This document shows, piece after piece, positions 35,801 to 55,200 of a DNA stretch of 64,000 nt; within the stretch, counting starts at the first letter, position 1, and each line of letters opens with the position of its first letter. The translations under genes and the position numbers were made by a program. The notes below the pieces were generated by a model. It did not search any database. It was not told where the DNA came from and worked only from the letters and a program-made list of their open reading frames with translations. This stretch comes from Vicugna vicugna (taxonomy: Eukaryota). Location of the stretch: positions 146,741 through 210,740 of the forward strand of contig MU058226.1 in NCBI GenBank assembly GCA_013265495.1, given 5' to 3'.

Positions 35801-38800
35801 CAATAATGAGGTGTGGGAAATATCTGAAGTACCAATAACAAATCCACAATCACAAAAGTACATTAATCCAACTTGCATAAACTCATAGAACAAACAGACG
35901 ATACAGTAATCAGTGGGAAAATAAAAGATTTCAATAATAATTTTAGTTACTAAGAAATTAATAAGTGAAAAATCCATATTCTTTTCAAATATACATAGAA
36001 TATTTAGCAAAACTGACTATATTGCACGAAGCACACCTCAGTAAGTTTCGAATGACTAAAATCATAATATCGTGTCTGTTCTCTGTCACAATATCATTTA
36101 AGCCAGAAATCGGCAACAATAAGGTAATAAGAAAATGGTTAGAAAGTAAGTCATACACTTCTAATCAACCCAATGAGTCAAAGAAAAAAAATCACAAAGG
36201 AAATTAGAAGCTGATGAAAACATATACTAAAACTTGGTAGATACAGATAAAGGTACTGACATAGACATATGTCAATACTTAGGGGGAAACTACAGCCTGA
36301 CACCCATCTGTTAGAAAAGAATAGAGGATGAAAATCAATGGGAAAAAAAAAAGTAAGATAAACCCAACAGTACAGAGGAAACATGAATGAAACAGAATAC
36401 ATGCATTCAAGAGACAGCAACAAAGCTAAAAGTTAATTCTTTGAAAGACTATTAAAACTGGGAAACCCTGGTGAGACTGACCGAGAAAAATGGATGGGGG
36501 AGCCTAGAAAAAGCACAGATGACCAATATAGAAAATGAAAAAAGGATCTTTTCTGCTGATTCTACAGACAATAAAATGAGATTATAAACCTTACAGCAAT
36601 AAATTTGAATATTTAGATGAAATTGACAAATTCCTAGAAAATATAATTTCTTCCACCAGAATGGACAGAAAAGGGTACATTCATAAAAGGGAAGTGTATG
36701 AAAATGAAAGTAACTATAGCTACATGCAACAATCTGGATGAATCTCAAAAATATTCATCTAATGAAACAAAATATAAACCAACACATACGGTATGACTTT
36801 GTTTATAATCAAGTTCAAAAGTGGGTAAAACTAAGCATGTTGTTTATGGATAAACACATAGATGGTATAAAGAAAATCAAGGGAAACATTTTCATACCAG
36901 TCAGGTATGTTACCTCCTGGGACATAAGGCATTTTGATCAGAGAACAATATATGCAGGCTGTGGCCGTGTCCTACAGTCTGACTTGGGTGATGGTTAAAT
37001 AGGTATTTCCTTTATAAACATTCTTTTAAATTTTGTGTTTATATTTTCTGTTGTGCAACTTTAAAAGCTTTCCTAAAATTTAGGCTAACACCAGGAGGTT
37101 AAAAACAACCAAATACTCTAAGGAGTGGTTGTGACTCGCTTCCTTAAGAGACTGGAGCAAGTCCCCATCTTCCTTTTCTTCCCTCTTTTCTTCCTGACAG
37201 GTTGTCATAATAACCTGCTATCTGCTAAATCCAATTGGGTATTATTTTACTTGACCTCTTCACATACCACTGCCTTGAATCACAGATGCTAACACGGCCA
37301 ACTACTCCACCTTCTTGAAAATTTCTCCTTTCTCAATAGGCCTCTTCCTGGGTTCCTCCTAATGACAATTCCTTCTCAGCCTCTTTCACAGACTCGTCTT
37401 TCTCTGTTTTCCCCTTGTATCAGTGGATCTCAAATTTTAAGGCCCATTAAGAATTACCTGGGGCAGCAGCTTAAAAATATAGATTCCCAGGTCCTGCCCA
37501 AGAAATCTTCATTCATGAGCATAGAGTGAGTCCCAGGTATTTTTGAATAAGTAGTCCTGGTGATTCTGGTACAGGTAGAACTAAAGACATACTTTGAGAA
37601 AGACTGCCTTAAGTTTTGGTATCTCCCAGCAATGGGGATTTGGCTCTGTTATCTTTCACTGCAAACCTAGGGTCCTTAAACCTTTGATCTCAGATCTGTG
37701 AAACAACCCCCTCCCCACCAAATTATACATACACCACATATATATATGACATATACATAGGACATATATGCGTTTTTCTAGAGAAAGAACGCCATAGCTT
37801 TCATTATCTTCTAAAGTTTGTAAAACTCCTCACTTCCTATAGATCTCACCCACATCCAGAGACTGAACCACTACTCACAGCTCGACTTCCTCTATATCAC
37901 TGACCCAGAATTCTCTCCAGCTGTCTAATGCACATTTGGCTTTCCATGCTCCAGCAGCACCTCCAACTCAACTTGAACAAAATTAAACACATCATCTGCC
38001 CCCAACAAACAATTCAATATTCTTCTACTCTAATCACTCAGTCATCCAGAAAATCTCAGAATTTCCTTGATTCCTCCCACTTCCCACTCTCCACATCACT
38101 CACCCTCACCCATCCTCTCCCTCCCACTACACTGACCTCATTCAGGCCTTCACCAGTCCTCCACCAATCCTCAGCTGCAATAACTTCCTGGTTGACCTCC
38201 CTGCCTCATCTCACTACCTCCAATCTATGCAACACACCGCTGCCTCTCCTGTTTAACATTCTCTGCCAGCTCATTGCTTTAAATGTAAGATGGAAACAAC
38301 ACTGTTGTACAAGGCCTGTCCTAATCTGACGCCTGCCTGCATTCCCAGCGCTGTAGGCTCGAACCATGCCCGGTGAGGCAGTTTCCCCAAAAGCTTCGCT
38401 CTTCCACCGTCATGATTTGGCATGGTCTCTACTGCTGGAGGGTCTGCAGCATTCTCCTTGGCACCACAGTGCCTGGCACAATGTCTGGCCCAGAAAGACC
38501 CAACGCTTGCTGAATGGCAGAATAGTGGGCCGACCGACTGAGTGATAGGGAACATCGGAAGTGCCCTCGAGGCAAGTAAGCGCTTTCCGTCGGTCGCTCT
38601 GACGCCCCTCACCAGCTGCAGGTCAGCCACAGTTCGGTCGGGCACGAGACTGTAGACCTGGCTCCTCAACACGATGGGCGGTAGCGCATCCTCGAACAGG
38701 ACTCGTGGGAACAGCCGCACTAGCTCCGCGACGGCCGCGCGCGCAGACCCTGAGCGGAGAGACCGAGCCACTGAGACGTGAACTGGGGCGAAGGGAAGCG

Positions 38801-39006
38801 CGGGTACGACTCTGGGAGGCGCTGTTGTCCCAACATACAGGGTTACCGGAGGCGAGGCCTCTCCCAGCTGAGGTCTTTAGCCTCGCCCCGGGGTTGCCAT
38901 GGTTACCTGATTCGCCCCGCAATGAATCGACCTCTACATCCCCTCGTTCCCGCCGCCTCTTCAGTCCAAAGGGCTCCGGGACCAGGCGATGCCTCTTCCG
39001 GCTCAT
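32877..39006 (-). CDS. STK19: STK19 (RP1/G11/WHR1) winged-helix protein, 254-aa form
   Basis: Exons (minus): 39006-38907, 38749-38613, 34802-34707, 34427-34288, 33480-33383, 33271-33124, 32922-32877; 765 nt. MSRKRHRLVPEPFGLKRRR..ARAAVAELVRLFP..GEIRIVQLGFDLDA..VLKACDGRPYAGAVQKF..DAGSWWLAVPGAGRF..STTSGTLLRLPET*. Confidence 0.95.
33690..33960 (+). mobile_element. L2-like fragment in an STK19 intron
   Basis: cttctctcggaagccctccttgac..gaccttaccatagctcttcccacattgtac. By-eye call. Confidence 0.45.
35100..37070 (+). mobile_element. Mosaic of old LINE-1 (L1M) pieces (ORF1-, ORF2- and 3'UTR-like) in the large STK19 intron, antisense to STK19
   Basis: About 2 kb, A-rich. Contains ttggagtcccagaaagaaag, catagaatatttagcaaaactgactatatt..ctcagtaagtttcga, catgcaacaatctggatgaatctcaaaa. 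No intact ORF. Confidence 0.8.
37150..38330 (+). mobile_element. L2 LINE fragments, interrupted by MER5 and a TA-rich patch near 37730-37770
   Basis: ctgctaaatccaattggg..ccaccttcttgaaatttctcc; atttggctttccatgctccagcagcacctccaactcaacttgaacaaaattaaac. Confidence 0.65.
37421..37610. mobile_element. MER5-family DNA transposon inserted among L2 pieces
   Basis: cagtggatctcaaa..gaattacctgggg..aaaatatagattcccagg..ggtgattctg..catactttgagaaagactgc. Confidence 0.65.
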
Positions 39007-39540
39007 ATCCCGGGATCTTACTGTACCGGGGAAGAGGTAGCTGTTGAGAGAAGAGAACACGAAAAGAGAGTCTTCCGGCGCAGAGCAGTGACGTACGGGC
39101 TCCGTGGGCGTCCCTCCTGGGAGACCCGTCAGCCCGGTGTTAGTAAAACGACGTGGTGACCAAAGAGGCGTCGACTTGTCATCGCGGGCCCTTGCTGGGA
39201 GGGGCGGTGCCAATGCGAATACCAGCACCACCCGCATTGGCCGAGGCTCCACGGCCGCCGCTGATTGGCTTCGTCCGAGCGCACTCACGTCCGGGGACGC
39301 CCAGGCAGTGAGGAGGGGCGCCGGTGGCCACGTTGAGATCAACCTGCTGGTGTAAAGCGCACAGACCACCCCCCCCCCACCTCACCCCAGAGGAGTTTGC
39401 CTGCCACTGTCGCTGAATGATTGCGTCATCGAAAGCTGGAAAACCACCTTGGCATCCCTCTCCCACATCTGACGTACCTGCCATGACGTCATAGCTCCGC
39501 GAAGGTGGAAGTCGAGGTTGGCAGGCTTTGAGGTAACCAG
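38560..39540. promoter_or_regulatory. CpG island and head-to-head STK19/DXO promoter region
   Basis: CpG-rich. ETS cores CTTCCGG at 38995-39001 and 39072-39078. CRE or CRE-like motifs at 39089-39096, 39421-39429, 39470-39477 and a perfect ATGACGTCAT at 39483-39492. Likely DXO non-coding exon donor GAG|GTAACC at 39533. Confidence 0.75.
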
Positions 39541-39786
39541 ATCCTTGATCTGAGCCCAAACATCCTTTCTAACCTCACTGCGTTTGGAGGACCTGGGGGT
39601 GGGGGGATAGGTCAAGGGAAAAGGTGAGATGTGCATCTGGCCATGGTTCTGTTTGAGGAGATGGTGCCTGGTTGTTTCAAGGCCAGAGTCTGGCCATCAA
39701 GAGTCTCACTTAGTCCTGACCTGGAGTCCCCCTTCCTCAGGCCTCCTCTGTAAAAGGGGAACTTACCCAGCCCTTCTCAGGACCTC

Positions 39787-41570
39787 ATGGAGCCCAGAGG
39801 GACCAAGAGAGGAGCTGGAAAAATAGAGGTAGCTGAGCCTCGGAACAAAGTCCCCCGCCCAGCACCCTCACTGCCCACAGACCCTGCCCTCTACTCTGGA
39901 CCCTTTCCTTTCTACCGACGCCCTTCTGAACTGGGCTGCTTCTCCCTGGATGCACAACGCCAGTACCATGGAGATGCTCGAGCCTTGCGCTACTACAGCC
40001 CACCCCCCACCAATGGACAAGGACCCAACTTTGACCTCAGAGACGGATACCCAGATCGATACCAGCCCCGGGACGAGGAGGTCCAAGAGAAGCTGGACCA
40101 CCTGCTACGCTGGCTCCTGGAGCACCGAGGCCAGCTGGAGGGGTGAGCAAAGCATAGCACACAAGTAGATCTATAGACCTGCACCTGCCCTCTAAAACTG
40201 GGAGAGCCAAAGCTGGAGTGAGCTCAATCCTTAGAAGGAACTTAGGCTATTCTTTGGGGGAGCCATCTGCGCTAATGCTTGTGTCAGATCTTCAGCCCCT
40301 AATTCTTCCCTCTCAGGAGTCCAGACTGGCGCCCAGGGGCCATAGTGACATGGCGGGGGCACCTGACAAAATTGCTGACAACACCGTATGAGCGGCAGGA
40401 GGGCTGGCAGCTGGCAGCCTCCCGGTTCCAGGGGACACTGTACCTGAGTGAGGTAGAGACGCCAGCTGCTCGAGTTCAGAGGCTTACCCGGCCACCTCTC
40501 CTCCGGGAGCTTATGTACATGGGGTACAAGTTCGAGCAGTACATGTGTGCAGGTGAGAGTTGTCCTGGCTCTGGAACGCCCTCCTTTCCCCAGAGACTGA
40601 GAACCCCCAGCCCTACTGATGTTTCTCTCCTTATGCAGACAAACCCGGAGGCTCCCCAGACCCCTCTGGGGAGGTTAACACCAACGTGGCCTTCTGCTCT
40701 GTGCTACGCAGCCGTCTGGGGAACCACCCACTGCTCTTCTCTGGGGAGGTAGACTGCATAGACCCCCAGGCCCCATCCACGCAGCCCCCTACCTGCTATG
40801 TGGAGCTCAAGACCTCCAAGGAAATGCACAGCCCTGGCCAATGGAAGAGCTTCTACAGGTTCAGGATGAGGGGTGGGGTGGACAAGAGCCTAGAACTGAC
40901 AGCTGGGAAAGGGACTTGGATGAGGCTGGAGAAGTCCCACTGACCCCTTGCCTTTCCTGACAGACACAAGCTCCTGAAATGGTGGGCTCAGTCATTCCTT
41001 CCGGGGGTCCCAAATGTCATTGCTGGTTTCCGTAACCCAGAGGGTTTCGTCTGTTCCCTCAAGACCTTTCCTACCATGGAGATGTTTGAATACGTCAGGG
41101 TAAGGCAATGGTGTCACAGCTCCTGCCCATACTCCCCTGAGCCAAGACCACAGGTCCAGTGTCCAGGGCTGCAGTGCACCTTCCCCTTCTCCCACCCTCT
41201 CCCTCACTGCCAGTCTTCTGCCTCCTGGTCCCTCTCCAGAATGACCGTGATGGCTGGAATCCCTCAGTGTGCATGAACTTCTGTGCTGCCTTCCTTAGCT
41301 TTGCCCAGAACACAGTTGTCCAGGACGACCCCAGGTGAGGCCTTCAGCTCTGCCCCTCCCCTCTGGGTCCCTGAAGCTCGGCCTCCAGTCCTCAACTCAT
41401 GACTCCACCTGCCCCCTAGACTCGTCTACCTCTTCTCCTGGGAGCCTGGTGGCCCAGTCACAGTGTCTGAACATCGAGATGCACCGCATGCCTTTCTACC
41501 TACATGGTATGTCGAAGCCATGACCCAGGACCTCCTGTCACCCCCCAAGACACCCTCCCCAAAGGACTGA
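39787..41570 (+). CDS. DXO: Decapping exoribonuclease DXO (DOM3Z), 397 aa
   Basis: Exons: 39787-40142, 40317-40552, 40639-40858, 40964-41099, 41240-41334, 41420-41570 (TGA); 1194 nt. Motifs FYRRPSELGCFSLD, WRGHLTKLL, GYKFEQY, PD-(D/E)XK core GEVD..YVELKTSK, KLLKWWAQSFL. Confidence 0.97.
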
Positions 41571-41701
41571 TGCTTCTCAGGGGCTGGTCCTGTTTCTGTG
41601 TGCATAGATAAAGGCATATTCCTAGGTGGTTCTCCCTGCTGTGTCTTTTGAGCTGAGTCATCCCTGCCCAACACCTCAGGTTCACACAGGTGGTTTGCTG
41701 T

Positions 41702-41707
41702 TTTATT
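41702..41707 (-). terminator. SKIV2L poly(A) signal
   Basis: tttatt about 25 nt past the stop codon. Confidence 0.8.
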
Positions 41708-41730
41708 GTTACATTTTACACAGGGGTCAT

Positions 41731-51437
<9,707 letters not shown>

Positions 51438-52086
51438 CCTGCAGCCACGGCAGCTGCCGTGCAGCCCAGAAGTGTCAGGGGTAGCCCAAATGGGCGGAAA
51501 TGAAGGCAACTTCCGGCACACTCCCCGCCGAGGGGCGGGCCTAAGCTGGTGGGAGGCCGGGCGGAAGTGTGCGCGCCGCGGGCCGCCCTGGTTACCGCGT
51601 TCTCCGCCCCTCGCTGCGTCATCGCTCTGAGCCCGCAATCCGCTGCCCGCGCGGGCGCCGCCCGAGACCGTCGGGGCCCCGGTTGCCGCCCCCTCAGGTA
51701 AGGCCTTCTCTTTCTCAGCCTTCGCCCCTTTTTTCGGAGCTCCTTCTCTCTTCTTAACCTTTTCGTTGCTCTAAGAGCGATGCGCGGGTTCCAGTGCTTC
51801 CTCTGCTGTTCAGACCCCGCGATTGCCATATAACCCCAGCGAGGTAGGGGGGTCTGGTGCCATCGTCTTCGCGACGGAGAGAGTGTTTCTCCCTTCCCGG
51901 GCCACATGGTGTCCCAAGGTGCTGGTATCCGTGATTCCTGGAGAGAGAAGGGAATGCTGGTTGATCCCGACGGCGGGGGCTTGGACAGCAGCCTGGTTTA
52001 AGCAAGGGGTAGGGAGAAGCAAAAGACAGGAGTAGGTAGGCCTGGAGGGATGGGGTTGGGTTCTGTGTGGACGGCGTGTGAATCCT

Positions 52087-52218
52087 NNNNNNNNNNNNNN
52101 NNNNNNNNNNNNNNNNNNNNNNNNNNNNNNNNNNNNNNNNNNNNNNNNNNNNNNNNNNNNNNNNNNNNNNNNNNNNNNNNNNNNNNNNNNNNNNNNNNNN
52201 NNNNNNNNNNNNNNNNNN
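52087..52218. other. Assembly gap (132 N) at the expected position of NELFE exon 2
   Basis: Run of Ns. The sequence resumes with tgagggagtgtgtg, which looks like a (G)TGAGG donor. Confidence 0.95.
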
Positions 52219-55200
52219 TGAGGGAGTGTGTGTGGGCATGGCCCAAACTTTCAAAGACTCTACACTCTGAGAACACCTGGGGTGAGTGAGGGGATGGGGG
52301 TGGGGGTGTTCTTCTGCCTCCCACCTGGAGACATATCACCTCTCAGTGTAGCTTCAGAGGTGGACTTTCCCAAGTCTTGGTTTGTACTTTCTTTTGTCTC
52401 TTTTCTATGTAGTCTGCCTTGGAGTTGTCTTCCTTTCTTACGGCTTTTAGTACTACCTAAGAGCTGGTGATCCCCAAGCTCGGTTTTTCGAGTTCCGTCT
52501 AGTCTCGTATTGATAACCTTACGTATCCCAAATTGAAGTTATTACCTTACCATTCTAATCTTGGTCTTCCAAATAGGACTGACTACATTCAGTTCTCTTG
52601 TGTGTTTGGAATTAAAGTCTCATCTCCGTCTTCTCCGCTATTTGCACAACCAAATATTTGCCAAGTCACCTTTATTCTTCCTTTGAATTAATTTCCTCTA
52701 TTTACTTTTTCCTGTGTATTCTCTAGATCAGGTCTTTGCTGATAGATGCTCACCTAGACTGTTGTAATGGTCTCTCAACAAGTTTCTTTTTTGGACAGAT
52801 TTCTTTACTCCTGTCAAAGTGGTACATTGAAAACACAAAACTCTGTCCCTCTTTTTCTCAGAAACTACGCGTGGTTTCATGATGTCTATAAAACAAAGTC
52901 TTAATGTGGCACCTCTTCCTAGTCAAATAGAACTATTCCCTAATCCCAAAACATGCGCTCCCAAACCCTTCTTATCTCTGCTTCTTTGGCACCCTGTTTG
53001 CTTTGTCTACAGTCCCCTTTCCTCTCAGTCTGCATTATGTAGATTCTATCCAGGGCCCAGTATAATAGTCATTTGGCATCAGAAAAACCTTACTTGCGCT
53101 CAGCTACAAACAGTCTGCACCTCCTATAATTATTCTTGACAATTCAGTCTAGTCATCTTACTTCTTAGACTGAAAGCTTCTTGAGGGGAAAATTTACGTC
53201 TCATACTTTTGCATATCCCTGTTTCAAAGTAGTGGGATGTCCTCCTTCTATATGTAGAAGGCGGATGGATGAAGCCTCTGAGAAAGGCATGTAGGCTTAT
53301 ACTTAATTGCAGCTTATATCTGAGGGCTCTTGTCTGTGACTGAATTCCTTGTCTTCAACTTGTAAAACATGAGTCTGGAAAGCCTCTGGATACCATGGTT
53401 TGGATAGATTAGGTATGGCTGGCCTTATAGATGATCTGGGAGGCCTTATAAGAGGCAAGGTTACCTCAGTGTACCATTCCAGGGGCACCATGTGCATTAG
53501 TTTCTCTGAGAAAGGTGTCGCCTGGAGTGATGCACCTAGGGGCCTTGGGAGAGGACCTGGCCAGGGACTGGCCCTCACCGACCGCTCTCTTCTCACTGTC
53601 ATTACCAGAAAAAGGCATTGCTGGCTCTGAAGAAGCAAAGCAGCAGCAGCACAGCCAGCCAAGGTGGTGTCAAACGCTGTGAGTGACAGGGGGCTGGGGC
53701 AGACGAAGTGAGCGGCGTGGGGCCGACCTCTGTCCCAGCCTGGCCAACATAATGCCTCTTTCCCTCACCACTCCAGCACTGTCAGAGCAGCCTGTGGTGG
53801 ACACAGCCACAGCAACAGAGCAGGCAAAGCAGCTGGTGAAGTCAGGAGCCATCAGTGCCATCAAGGCCGAGACCAAGAACTCAGGCTTCAAACGTTCTCG
53901 AACCCTAGAGGGAAAGTTAAAGGTGAGCACAAGGAGAAAAGTTGTTCAGGGGATCCTTGACTCCAGAGGGTATCCTTGCAAGTTGAAATGGAGGTAGGTT
54001 TAAGGGAAAAGTAACGCCTGTTCAATCATGCGCAAGTTGCTATCCCATTTTGAGCTTCCAGTTTTTTATCCATAAGGTGAAGAAAATGGGTGGCTCCTGA
54101 ATTCTTTGTTTTACACATTCTATGAGTCTAATTCACCACATATTAGAGCTCCTGGATTTTGTTACTCTGAGGAGTTGAACAGGCTGAAAATGTCATCAGG
54201 TTCAAGAAATTTTTAAGTAAACTAAATACTTTAAGGGTGTATTAAGTTATTTATGAAAAACACCACACAATCAAGTAAGAATGGTACAGAGGAGTTAACA
54301 GAAAAAAAAGATAGGCCAGAGGAAGCCAAGAAGAGGGTGAGGGAGGAGGAGCCCCCACCATCCCATGGTTAGTCAGCCTCCTGCTCCCCCCCTGAGGTAG
54401 CTCTCTCCCACCTTCCCAGGACCCTGAGAAGGGGCCAGTCCCCACTTTCCAGCCATTCCAGAGGAGTGTATCTGCCGACGACGATCTGCAGGAGGTAATT
54501 GTTTCCAATTTTCTGTCTCTGAGGGGCCCAGGATTGAAAAAGACGAGAAACCCACATATTTGGGGCCACATGCCAGCAAAGAGGAATCGTCTTACCTGTC
54601 TTTGGTCTCTCTTTCAGTCGTCCAGACGTCCCCAGAGGAAATCTCTGTATGAGAGGTTAGAGAAAGATAGGACTGGGTCCCATTTGGCTGGGGAGGGGAG
54701 GAAAATAGTGGGGGCATTGCCTGGGTCCTTAGACGATTCGGGACTGGAGTGAGAGGAGCTGGGGCTACGGAGGGAGTGTTGAGTCTCCACAGGATCTGGG
54801 AAGATGAGGTAGAGGCCCCCTTTGATCCTCATTGTCTGCCTCTCCGCAGTTTTGTATCTTCCAGTGATCGGCTTCGGGAACTGGGGCCAGATGGGGAAGA
54901 GGCAGAGGGCCCAGGGGCTGGTGATGGCCCCCCTCGAAGCTTTGACTGGGGTTATGAAGAACGTGGTGGTGCCCACTCCTCAGCCTCCCCACCCCGAAGC
55001 CGCAGCCGGGACCGCAGTCGTGAGCGGAACCGGGACCGAGACCGGGAACGGGACCGAGACCGGGACCGGGACAGAGACCGGGACAGAGACCGCGATCGAG
55101 ACCGGGACAGGGATCGGGACAGGGACCGAGACCGAGATCGAGACCGGGACAGGGATCGGGACCGAGAGGGCCCTTTCCGCAGTGAGTGATCTTGGCTGAT

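Noticed and set aside
35326-36998. Several 60-130 aa ORFs in the AT-rich STK19 intron
   Set aside because: They derive from decayed L1 sequence. They are short and low-complexity, with no intact ORF1 or ORF2.
54822-55199. GTGTETE-repeat ORF
   Set aside because: An alternative frame of the NELFE RD repeat.
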